A stretch of DNA of 32,000 nt from Nostoc sp. PCC 7120 = FACHB-418 (GTDB lineage Bacteria; Cyanobacteriota; Cyanobacteriia; Cyanobacteriales; Nostocaceae). This document shows positions 24,099 to 32,000 of this stretch, piece by piece (positions within the stretch are counted from its first letter, which is position 1; the number at the start of each line of letters is the position of its first letter). The stretch spans positions 3,390,001-3,422,000 of the forward strand of contig NC_003272.1 of the NCBI RefSeq assembly GCF_000009705.1, in the 5' to 3' direction. The notes below the pieces were generated by a model, which saw only the letters and a list, made by a program, of their open reading frames with translations, made no database searches and was not told where the DNA came from. The translations under genes and the position numbers were made by a program.

Positions 24099-24124
24099 AA
24101 AAAAAGGGGTAGATATACTACCCC
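24099..24124 (-). terminator. Rho-independent terminator of the phosphorylase gene
   Basis: The stem is GGGGTAG/CTACCCC (24106-24112 and 24118-24124) with a 5-nt loop. On the minus strand it is followed by a U7 run (plus-strand A7 at 24099-24105). It lies 30 nt after the stop at 24155. Confidence 0.75.
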
Positions 24125-24154
24125 CTTACCGAACCAGGAAACTTAGATTATTAG

Positions 24155-26368
24155 CTACAGCAGAACCTTAGCTAAAATTGGCTGCACACGGGTAGAGATT
24201 TCTGGTACATACACCTGTGTAACGTAGTCAGCAATCATTCTGTCTGTATTAAATAATGGTGCATTGGTTTTGATGGATGCTTTCATGACTTGCACCCAAC
24301 GATGGGGAATCCCGTTGGCATCTTGGTCGTAGTATAGAGGTACAATTTCCTCTTCTAGCAACTTATACAGGGATTGGGAATCAATGCGGTCTTGTAATTC
24401 TTGGTCGCTGGTGTGAGCATCTTCACCAATCGCCCAACCATTTAAGCCTTTACCATTTGCATCGGCTTGATAACCTTCACACCACCAACCATCAAGGACG
24501 CTGCAATTAATCCCACCGTTGAAGCAGACTTTCTGTCCACTTGTTCCCGATGCTTCTAGGGGACGACGGGGATTATTTAACCACACATCCACACCTTGGA
24601 CTAATTTCTGCCCTGTGTAAATGTCGTAATCTTCAATAAAGGCGACACGGTTAATAATGCCTGAATTATGACACCATTCCATCAAGCGTTGGATAATCCG
24701 CTTACCTTCTTCATCGGCTGGGTGGGCTTTGCCGGCAAACACTATCTGCACTGGACGTTCAGCGTTGCTGAAAATGCGTAACGCTCGTTCTGCATCACGT
24801 AAAATTAAGTCGCCACGTTTGTAAGGGCTGAAGCGTCTAGCAAAACCAATGGTGAGGATTTTGGGATCTAGTAGACTATCACTGGCTTGAATGAGTCTTT
24901 GGTCTTCACCCCGATGTTCCCGTGATTTTCTGACTTTATAACGGGTGTAGGCGACTAATCTTTCTTTGAGGATGAGATGGCGTGACCATAATTCCTCATC
25001 GGGGATGTCGTCCACTTTTGCCCACATTTTGGGATCAATGGCTTGGGTTCTCCAGTCTGCACCCAAGTATTGATTATATAAGTCGGCTAATAAAGGTGCT
25101 GTCCAGGTGGGTGCGTGTACACCATTGGTAATGTAACCAATTGGTACTTTCTCCTCCGACCTTTGGGGATAGAGGACAGTCCACATCTTGCGGGATACTT
25201 GACCATGTAGTTCACTCACACCGTTACAAGCGCGGGACATTCGCAAGGCTAACACAGTCATACCAAAGGGTTCCCAGGGGTCACCTAATCGCCGTGCGCC
25301 TAAAGCTAAGAATTGTTCACGGGAGAGACGTAATTGTGTCCAGTAGTGGGCAAAGAAGGAGTCAATTAAATCGGGTGAGAAGACATCGTGACCGGCGGGA
25401 ACTGGTGTATGGGTGGTGAATACGCAACTATTCCGCACACTGGCTTCAATATCGTAGAAGGATTTACCTGTGCGTTCGATTTCCAGACGGGCAATTTCTA
25501 AGGTACAGAAAGCGGCATGACCTTCGTTGAGGTGATAGACAGAAGGTTTGATCCCCAAGGCTTGCAACGCTCTCACACCGCCAATTCCTAAGACGACTTC
25601 TTGGGCGATGCGGGTTTCTGTATTCCCACCGTATAAATGTCCTGTCAACCAACGGTCAATGGGATCATTGTCATGGCGATCGCTATCGAGTAAATATAAA
25701 CTTACCCTTCCTACTTGCACGCGCCAGATTTGCACTGTTACCTGACGCTGGCGAATCTCCAATTTAATTGTTAGTGGTTCCCCATGCTCATTTTTAATCA
25801 ACTCAATGGGCATCCGATGGAAGGAATTATCCACATAATAATCTTCTTGCCAACCTTGACGGCTCAAGCGCTGACGAAAATAACCTTGGCGATATAGCAA
25901 GCCAATACCCACCAACGGTACACCCAAATCGGATGATGATTTCAGGTGATCCCCAGCCAAAATCCCCAACCCACCAGAGTAAATTGGTAGAGATTCATGA
26001 ATACCAAATTCGGCACAAAAATAAGCAACGGGGTTTTCGTGGGAAACTTGGGGCGCTACTCGACTCACCCAAGTATCTTTCTGGTTGATATATTGGTCAA
26101 ACTCCTGCGCCAAGGCAGAAACTTGCTTGAGATAAAACGGGTCTTCAGCTAACTGGGTGAGGCGTTCGTAGCTGACTGACTCTAAAATTGCCACTGGGTT
26201 ATGTCCACAGCGTTCCCACTCTTGGGGATCAATGGCTTGGAATAATGCTAGGCGATCGCCACTCCAACTCCACCAATAATTATAAGCTAAATCTGCTAAT
26301 CGCTTGAGGGAAAAAGGTAGCTTTTCACTTAAATGTAAGGCTGCTGTATTTGCACTGCTCTGAGACAT
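24155..26368 (-). CDS. glgP: Alpha-glucan (glycogen/maltodextrin) phosphorylase family protein, 737 aa
   Basis: It carries AYFCAEFGIHESLPIYSGGLGILAGDHLKSSSDLG and the PLP-lysine region LEASGTSGQKV, both typical of the alpha-glucan phosphorylase family. Confidence 0.93.
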   Translation of the reverse strand: MSQSSANTAALHLSEKLPFSLKRLADLAYNYWWSWSGDRLALFQAIDPQEWERCGHNPVAILESVSYERLTQLAEDPFYLKQVSALAQEFDQYINQKDTWVSRVAPQVSHENPVAYFCAEFGIHESLPIYSGGLGILAGDHLKSSSDLGVPLVGIGLLYRQGYFRQRLSRQGWQEDYYVDNSFHRMPIELIKNEHGEPLTIKLEIRQRQVTVQIWRVQVGRVSLYLLDSDRHDNDPIDRWLTGHLYGGNTETRIAQEVVLGIGGVRALQALGIKPSVYHLNEGHAAFCTLEIARLEIERTGKSFYDIEASVRNSCVFTTHTPVPAGHDVFSPDLIDSFFAHYWTQLRLSREQFLALGARRLGDPWEPFGMTVLALRMSRACNGVSELHGQVSRKMWTVLYPQRSEEKVPIGYITNGVHAPTWTAPLLADLYNQYLGADWRTQAIDPKMWAKVDDIPDEELWSRHLILKERLVAYTRYKVRKSREHRGEDQRLIQASDSLLDPKILTIGFARRFSPYKRGDLILRDAERALRIFSNAERPVQIVFAGKAHPADEEGKRIIQRLMEWCHNSGIINRVAFIEDYDIYTGQKLVQGVDVWLNNPRRPLEASGTSGQKVCFNGGINCSVLDGWWCEGYQADANGKGLNGWAIGEDAHTSDQELQDRIDSQSLYKLLEEEIVPLYYDQDANGIPHRWVQVMKASIKTNAPLFNTDRMIADYVTQVYVPEISTRVQPILAKVLL

Positions 26369-26912
26369 AAAATTCTACGCTTTGGAAATTACGTGTGAGA
26401 TACTTGCGGTTATCAAAGAAATACTTTCTTGCTGTATGGTTGACAACACAGCATTAGTAAACGTCTTGTTTTTCTCGATTTCACTCATCATCTACCCCCA
26501 GCCAACGCCATTCAGGTTGATTTCTGTTGAGTTTCAAGTAGTTAACTAGCACCTGAATTAGGGGGATTTCATTGACATCAAAACTTACCTAAAATTAGTG
26601 ATGTTTATTCTTTATATCTTGTAGAGACTACCATTATTGATTAGAATTTTTGATGTTGTTTTATATCAATACTATGCACTAAATTTTAATTTATTTATTT
26701 TTTTGTAAAAAAATATTTAAATATATAACAATATAGTGTTACCAGGCAAAACCTTATTAGCAAAATTGTATTAGAGGCAAAAAAATTCTCTGCATCCAAG
26801 AAGACCTTTCCAGCTAGTAAAGATTAATAGGTTTGATGGAAAGCCATGTGGAATCTGTTTTGTGTAAATTGACTGGGCTTGGAGAACTTACAAACAATAA
26901 CTCTAGACTCAT

Positions 26913-27329
26913 ATGATCAATCGCATTACCTCTGTTTTTCTTGTTGGTTTGATAGCATCCGCTTCAGCTTTGGCTATTTCCCCCAAGGCTGACGCGAACA
27001 CACCAGCGTTTTCTATTTTTGAGCTAGGTAGACAAGATAATCGTCGCCATAACTGGGATAACGACCGTCGTGATGACTGGGATAATATCCGCTATGACCG
27101 CGACAATGACCGTCGCTATCGGGATAATCACCGTCGTCATCGGAATAATCATCGCCGTAACGACTGGGACAAAAACCGTCGTTGGGATAATAACCGTCGC
27201 TGGGATAACGACCGTCGCTGGGATAACAACCGTCGCTGGGATAACAACCGTCGCTGGGATAACAACCGTCGTAATGACTGGGATAATAACCGTCGTGACG
27301 ACTGGAATCGTAACTGGTTTCGTTATTAA
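26913..27329 (+). CDS. Secreted low-complexity protein (138 aa) built of NRRWDN-type hexapeptide repeats
   Basis: A signal peptide is present (MINRITSVFLVGLIASASALAISPKADA). The rest is almost only R, D, N, W, H and Y. A terminator hairpin follows the stop. Confidence 0.65.
   Translation: MINRITSVFLVGLIASASALAISPKADANTPAFSIFELGRQDNRRHNWDNDRRDDWDNIRYDRDNDRRYRDNHRRHRNNHRRNDWDKNRRWDNNRRWDNDRRWDNNRRWDNNRRWDNNRRNDWDNNRRDDWNRNWFRY
27174..27263 (+). repeat. 18-bp tandem coding repeat AACCGTCGCTGGGATAAC x5 (degenerate copies extend to about 27040-27310)
   Basis: Units read directly at 27174, 27192, 27210, 27228 and 27246. Confidence 0.9.
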
Positions 27330-27355
27330 TCCCTCCGCTTTCAGTATATTAGGCG

Positions 27356-27417
27356 ATTCTGCTTTTAAGTTGTAAAGTCCATCTAGAGGGCTGTTGACAG
27401 TTGACAGTTAACAGCCC
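27356..27417 (+). repeat. Dispersed intergenic element, copy B, ending in a heptamer (TTGACAG x3) hairpin that looks like the terminator of the repeat-protein gene
   Basis: The layout is ATTCTGCTTTTAAGTTG, 16 nt, GGCTGTTGACAGT. The stem GGGCTGTT (27388-27395) pairs with AACAGCCC (27410-27417) and can extend to 11 bp with one G-U pair. A T-rich tail follows. Confidence 0.75.
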
Positions 27418-27470
27418 TTGTTAATTTTGCTGAGGGACTTCCAGATAAAGAAATATCCAAAATGTAGCCA

Positions 27471-27535
27471 GTAGGGTGCGTCAGTATGAATACTTTCTAA
27501 GTATAGTTAGGTTCTATCCCACTGATGCACCCTAC
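27471..27535. repeat. Long palindromic hairpin GTAGGGTGCGTCAGT-N35-ACTGATGCACCCTAC
   Basis: 15-bp arms with one G-T mismatch position, read directly. It sits between the convergent repeat-protein and fghA genes. The GTAGGG/CCCTAC ends resemble those of the element at 18673-18772. Confidence 0.65.
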
Positions 27536-27567
27536 GAAACCTTTCCTTAACGGTAGGAAATTAGCAC

Positions 27568-28416
27568 TCAGCTACGCTCCAAAGAGGTTGCATGATGACG
27601 GATATGATCTGCTATAAAACTAGCAATGAAATAATAACTGTGGTCATAGCCTGCTTGATAACGTAAATTAAGCGGTTGGTTAACTGCTTGACAAGCTTGG
27701 GCAAATACATCTGTTAATAATTGTTCAGTTAAAAATTTATCAGACGTACCTTGGTCTATGAGAATTTGGCTGTGATATCCCAACTGTTTAACTAATTCAC
27801 TAGCATCATAAGCCAGCCAGCTTGCTTGATTATTTCCGAGATAACGACTAAAAGCCTTTTGACCCCAAGGACAGCCCATAGGTGTAACAATCGGTGCAAA
27901 AGCCGACACAGATTTAAAAATATGGGGATTACGCAAAGCACAGACCAGCGCCCCATGTCCACCCATCGAGTGACCAAAAATCCCTTGTTTCTCAGCTTGT
28001 ATAGGGAAATTAGCCGCAATCAAAGCAGGTAATTCCTGCACAATATAACTATACATTTGGTAGTGCGATCGCCAAGGTTTTTCCGTCGCATCCACATAAA
28101 AACCCGCACCTGTACCAAAATCCCACTCGTCATCTTCACCAGCAATTCCAGTATTGCGGGGGCTAGTGTCTGGCGCAACCAAAATTAATCCATACTCAGC
28201 CGCGTAACGTTGCGCCCCAGCTTTAGCCATAAAATTTTCTTCTGTACAAGTCAAACCAGAAAGAAAATAGAGGACTGGTAGAGGTTTTTCGGCTGCTTGC
28301 GGTGGCTGATAAACAGCAAAACGCATTTCCCCGTTACAGGTAGAAGACGGATGAGAATAAAAGCCGAGTTTACCGCCAAAGCTTTGATATTCTGAGATCA
28401 GTTTGAGATTATTCAT
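27568..28416 (-). CDS. fghA: S-formylglutathione hydrolase (esterase D family)
   Basis: It is 282 aa and carries [10 protein letters not shown]...MRFAVYQPP, the nucleophile elbow [10 protein letters not shown] and a C-terminal GYDHSYYFI. Confidence 0.93.
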   Translation of the reverse strand: MNNLKLISEYQSFGGKLGFYSHPSSTCNGEMRFAVYQPPQAAEKPLPVLYFLSGLTCTEENFMAKAGAQRYAAEYGLILVAPDTSPRNTGIAGEDDEWDFGTGAGFYVDATEKPWRSHYQMYSYIVQELPALIAANFPIQAEKQGIFGHSMGGHGALVCALRNPHIFKSVSAFAPIVTPMGCPWGQKAFSRYLGNNQASWLAYDASELVKQLGYHSQILIDQGTSDKFLTEQLLTDVFAQACQAVNQPLNLRYQAGYDHSYYFIASFIADHIRHHATSLERS

Positions 28417-28574
28417 CTACTTAATTAAATCATCTGTTGTAGGTATACCCGGATAGAAGCGATCGCTCATCGTTGAAAGTTCCGTGGGAAGAAGGTGGTT
28501 AGGGTTGGGAAATATTTATCAATCATCATTGATAAAATGAAGTAGGTTGACACTCCTCAGCCTAATACTCACTG

Positions 28575-29219
28575 ATGCTGCGAGGAAATATGCTGTTAAC
28601 TGAACTTCGTGCTGATCGGGTAGTTCTCCATAATATTAGTTGGCAACAATTTGAGAATTTATTAGTAAATTTAGGTGAAAGTAGAGCAGCTAGGATTGCT
28701 TACGATGATGGCACTTTAGAGATTATGACCCCATTACCAGAACACGAATATTATAAAGAAATAATTGGTGACATTATCAAAGATACGGCTGAAGTTTTAG
28801 AGTTAGATTATGAATGTTATGGTTCAACTACCTGGAAACGAGAATTAAAAAAGGCTGGGATAGAATCTGACAATTGCTTTTATTTCCAAAATGAAGCCTT
28901 AATTAGAGGTAAGCTCAGTTTTGATTTAAATCAAGACCCACCTCCAGATTTAGCTTTAGAAATTGATGTTACGAGTAAATCATTAGATAGATTTCCTCTC
29001 TATGTTCGGTTAGGTGTGCCTGAAATCTGGTGTTATGATGCTGGAGACATCAAAATTTACCAATTGCAAGGTGAGAAATATATCCAAACCGAAACAAGTT
29101 TAGTATTTCCTAATTTAAATATTCAAGAAATTCCATCACTAATTGAAAGATACCGCATGGCGGGAAGGCGGGTATTTCGACAAGTAATTAGGGAATGGGT
29201 ACGAGGACAGATGGGGTAA
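28575..29219 (+). CDS. Uma2-family (DUF820) PD-(D/E)XK-like endonuclease; the real start is possibly ATG 28590
   Basis: It carries WQQFENLL...RIAYDDGTLEIMTPLPEHE, DLALEIDVTS and LGVPEIWCYD, which are hallmark Uma2 blocks. Confidence 0.85.
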   Translation: MLRGNMLLTELRADRVVLHNISWQQFENLLVNLGESRAARIAYDDGTLEIMTPLPEHEYYKEIIGDIIKDTAEVLELDYECYGSTTWKRELKKAGIESDNCFYFQNEALIRGKLSFDLNQDPPPDLALEIDVTSKSLDRFPLYVRLGVPEIWCYDAGDIKIYQLQGEKYIQTETSLVFPNLNIQEIPSLIERYRMAGRRVFRQVIREWVRGQMG

Positions 29220-29283
29220 AGCGATCGCACCTGCCTCTATATAATCAAGTTGGGTATTACCCACTCTGAGTACAATCTAGCTA

Positions 29284-30393
29284 TTAAAAAGTCACCACAC
29301 TGCGAATCGATTCACCTCTGTGCATCAAATCCATAGCATCATTAATTTTTTCAATTGGCATCACATGAGTAATTAAATCATCAATATTTATCTTTCCATC
29401 CATATACCAATCAACAATTTTCGGCACATCTGTACGCCCTCTAGCGCCACCAAAAGCAGAACCTTTCCACACACGCCCAGTCACTAATTGAAAGGGACGA
29501 GTACTAATTTCTTGTCCTGCACCAGCTACACCAATAATTACACTCACACCCCAACCCTTATGACAGCATTCTAAGGCTTGGCGCATCACATTGACGTTAC
29601 CAATACATTCAAAACTGTAATCAGCGCCGCCTTTCGTTAAGTCCACCAAATAAGCAACTAAATCACCCTCAACTTCTTGGGGATTAACAAAATGTGTCAT
29701 CCCAAATTTTTCAGCCAAGGCGCGTTTGCTGGGATTAATATCTACGCCGACAATCATATTCGCACCCACCATCCGCGCCCCTTGGATGACGTTTAAACCA
29801 ATACCCCCCAAGCCAAAAACGACGACATTTGCCCCTGCTTCCACCTTGGCTGTATAAATGACTGCACCAATACCTGTCGTTACACCGCACCCAATGTAAC
29901 AAACCTTGTCAAATGGGGCATCTTCTCGAATTTTGGCTACAGCAATTTCCGGTAACACTGTGTAGTTAGCAAACGTAGATGTACCCATATAGTGATGAAT
30001 CATCTGCCCATTGATACTAAAACGACTAGTCCCATCGGGCATCACACCACGTCCTTGAGTACCACGAATAGCTTGACACAGATTAGTCTTAAAGCTTAAA
30101 CAATAGGCACATTGGCGACATTCTGGGGTGTAGAGAGGAATCACATGATCCCCTGGTTTGACACTGGTAACACCAGCGCCCACATCTACTACTACCCCCG
30201 CACCCTCATGTCCTAAAATGGCGGGGAACAAACCTTCGGGATCATTTCCTGAAAGGGTGTAAGCATCGGTATGGCAAACGCCACTGGCTTTAACTTCAAC
30301 CAATACTTCCCCAGCTTTTGGCCCCTCTAGTTGAACGGTTTCAATTGTCAACGGCTTACCCGCGCCGTAAGCTATTGCTGCTTTCACTTCCAC
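29284..30393 (-). CDS. frmA: S-(hydroxymethyl)glutathione dehydrogenase / class III alcohol dehydrogenase
   Basis: It is 369 aa and carries [31 protein letters not shown] and the Rossmann motif VFGLGGIGL. The start is GTG at 30393, preceded on the minus strand by GAGGAGGG about 8 nt upstream. Confidence 0.95.
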   Translation of the reverse strand: MEVKAAIAYGAGKPLTIETVQLEGPKAGEVLVEVKASGVCHTDAYTLSGNDPEGLFPAILGHEGAGVVVDVGAGVTSVKPGDHVIPLYTPECRQCAYCLSFKTNLCQAIRGTQGRGVMPDGTSRFSINGQMIHHYMGTSTFANYTVLPEIAVAKIREDAPFDKVCYIGCGVTTGIGAVIYTAKVEAGANVVVFGLGGIGLNVIQGARMVGANMIVGVDINPSKRALAEKFGMTHFVNPQEVEGDLVAYLVDLTKGGADYSFECIGNVNVMRQALECCHKGWGVSVIIGVAGAGQEISTRPFQLVTGRVWKGSAFGGARGRTDVPKIVDWYMDGKINIDDLITHVMPIEKINDAMDLMHRGESIRSVVTF

Positions 30394-30412
30394 GAGTTAG
30401 CCCTCCTCATCA

Positions 30413-30440
30413 ATTCAAAATTCAAAATTCAAAATTCAAA
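30413..30440. repeat. Heptamer repeat ATTCAAA x4 in the frmA leader
   Basis: Read directly. It lies 20-47 nt upstream of the frmA GTG on the minus strand, where it reads TTTGAAT x4. Confidence 0.85.
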
Positions 30441-30685
30441 AAAAGCCCTTACCTGGGAGTATCTTACCTGCAACACTGAAAAATTAAAAATGATGGGGTG
30501 AGCAAGATTCTATCGAATGGTAGTTGCAGAAAATTTACATAACTTTTTTGTAAACTAACTAAAATTGCATTTTTTGCTGAGATTGGTACATTAGTTACAG
30601 GCGGCAAGCCTAGAAAATGATATTGGTCTGCTGCACTAGACTCATATTTTTGTCAACCCTTCAATTATCTTTACTGTTAAAGCTT

Positions 30686-31969
30686 ATGAACCCTGCCCTA
30701 ACTAAAATTGGCGATCAAATGTCCAACCTGACTGGTGTACGAGCGATTATGAAGGACATTATCGAAACGTTGAAGTCTGGTGGAGGGCAGGATTTAATTA
30801 ATTTGAGTGCGGGGAACCCGTTGATTTTGCCAGAGGTAGAACAGTTATGGCGGGACTGCACAGCAGAACTCTTAGCAAGTCAAGAATATGGTGAAGTAGT
30901 TTGTCGCTATGGTTCTAGTCAAGGCTATGCGCCATTAATTGAAGCGGTTGTGAAAGATTTTAACCGTCGCTATGGTCTGAATTTAACCGATCGCAACATC
31001 TTAATCACTCCGGGTAGTCAAACTCTGTACTTTTATGCTGCTAATGTTTTCGGCGGTTACACCAGTAGCGGCGACCTCAAGCAAATTGTTTTACCCCTGA
31101 GTCCCGATTACACTGGCTACGGTGGTATTTGTCTAGTTCCCGAAGCTTTAGTTGCTTACAAACCTTCTCTAGATATTGATGCAGCAGCACACAGCTTTAA
31201 ATATCGCCCCGATTTTAGCCAAGTGTCTATTTCCGAAAGCACCGGCTGCGTCATTTTCTCCCGCCCCTGTAACCCTACAGGCAACGTCCTCACAGATGAC
31301 GAAGTGAGAAAAATTGCCGCCCTTGCCGCACCTTATAATGTGCCAGTGCTGATTGATTCGGCTTACGCTCCCCCATTCCCGGCGTTGAACTTCACGGATA
31401 TGTCGCTGATTTTTGGGGAAAATATTCTTCATTGCACCAGCTTATCGAAAGCGGGTTTACCAGGGGAGAGAATTGGTATTGCTATCGGTAATGAAAGATT
31501 AATTCAAGTCCTAGAATCTTTCCAGACTAATGCTAGTTTACATTCCTCACGCTATGGGCAGGCGATCGCCGCTCGTGCCATTAACTCTGGTGCGTTGGCA
31601 CAAATCGCGGAACAAGTTATCCGTCCCTTCTACAAAAACAAATTCGCCATCGTCGAGAATGCCTTAGAAGCAGCCATGCCCAAAGAATTACCTTGGTTCC
31701 TCCATCGTGGTGAAGGTGCTATCTTTAGTTGGCTATGGTTACAAGATTTGCCCATCACAGATTGGGAATTATACCAAGAACTCAAAAAAGTTGGGGTAAT
31801 TGTCGTCCCTGGTAGTACATTCTTCCCTGGCTTAAAAGAAGAATGGGCGCACAAACACCAATGTGTCCGCATCAGCTTGACTGGTAGCGATACTGAAATC
31901 GCCCTTGGTATGCAGCGTCTAGCAAAAGCAGTCGAACAAATTTACCAGCGTACACCCATTAGTGCTTAA
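30686..31969 (+). CDS. avtA: Valine-pyruvate aminotransferase-like class I/II aminotransferase
   Basis: It follows E. coli AvtA, as I remember that sequence, along its whole length. Examples are RPCNPTGNVLTDDE, the PLP-lysine block SLSKAGLPGERIG, HRGEGAIFSWLWLQDLPIT and FFPGLKEEWAHKHQCVRIS. The ORF opens at 30617, but homology begins near MNPALTKIGDQ, so ATG 30686 is preferred. Confidence 0.88.
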   Translation: MNPALTKIGDQMSNLTGVRAIMKDIIETLKSGGGQDLINLSAGNPLILPEVEQLWRDCTAELLASQEYGEVVCRYGSSQGYAPLIEAVVKDFNRRYGLNLTDRNILITPGSQTLYFYAANVFGGYTSSGDLKQIVLPLSPDYTGYGGICLVPEALVAYKPSLDIDAAAHSFKYRPDFSQVSISESTGCVIFSRPCNPTGNVLTDDEVRKIAALAAPYNVPVLIDSAYAPPFPALNFTDMSLIFGENILHCTSLSKAGLPGERIGIAIGNERLIQVLESFQTNASLHSSRYGQAIAARAINSGALAQIAEQVIRPFYKNKFAIVENALEAAMPKELPWFLHRGEGAIFSWLWLQDLPITDWELYQELKKVGVIVVPGSTFFPGLKEEWAHKHQCVRISLTGSDTEIALGMQRLAKAVEQIYQRTPISA

Positions 31970-32000
31970 GTAATGAAGCGTAAACAAGAAAGTAAAGGGG

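Noticed and set aside
27070-27375. 101-codon plus-strand ORF (GITTVA repeats)
   Set aside because: It is an alternative frame of the 18-bp repeat inside the 26913-27329 gene. It has no signal peptide or start context, and it runs past the real stop into the terminator.
28394-28403. A further copy of the AGATCAGTTT half-site of the twin palindromes, inside the 5' end of fghA
   Set aside because: It is a single arm with no inverted partner nearby and lies in coding sequence, so it is most simply a chance 10-mer match.
1-32000. tRNA, rRNA, transposase/IS, integrase or prophage genes
   Set aside because: None was recognised. All long ORFs are accounted for, and I saw no T-loop-like GGTTCGAATCC-type motif. 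This was an eye scan only, so small RNAs could have been missed.

Overview
This 32-kb chromosomal segment looks like a filamentous, heterocyst-forming cyanobacterium of the Nostoc/Anabaena type. By eye there are about 25 copies of the HIP1 palindrome GCGATCGC, several STRR-type heptamer repeats, a PEP-CTERM protein and WD40/pentapeptide proteins. From memory, and unverified, the order 1258-aa WD-repeat protein, spondin-like gene, DUF202 gene, nifJ resembles the alr2800-alr2803 region of Nostoc sp. PCC 7120.

The right half (17.5-32 kb) is mostly housekeeping: nifJ (pyruvate:ferredoxin/flavodoxin oxidoreductase), an alpha-glucan phosphorylase, the frmA/fghA formaldehyde-detoxification pair and an avtA-like aminotransferase. 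Small accessory genes interrupt it: a UPF0175/DUF3368-PIN toxin-antitoxin pair, a Uma2 endonuclease and a secreted RRWDNN-repeat protein.

The left half (1-17.3 kb) looks accessory and is dominated by three P-loop signalling NTPase loci:
- an AAA_35-TM-14xWD40 giant, tail-to-tail with a RecB-like PD-(D/E)XK nuclease gene;
- a compact three-gene cassette of coiled-coil protein, MinD/ParA-like ATPase and HTH-AAA_35 NTPase;
- an HTH-NB-ARC-pentapeptide-14xWD40 protein.
This half also carries a Gly-rich RTX protein and small secreted or hypothetical proteins.

The best candidate for an undescribed system is the three-gene cassette at 9541-12194. A palindrome with the same core sits about 85 nt upstream of both this cassette and the NB-ARC-WD40 gene, which suggests common control.

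Several small repeat families are visible in intergenic DNA: a 21-bp tandem array, a dispersed 3'-flank element, two palindrome families and STRR heptamers, one of which lies inside nifJ.

I recognised no rRNA, tRNA, CRISPR array, transposase, integrase or reverse transcriptase. All domain calls rest on motif recognition by eye; no searches were run.
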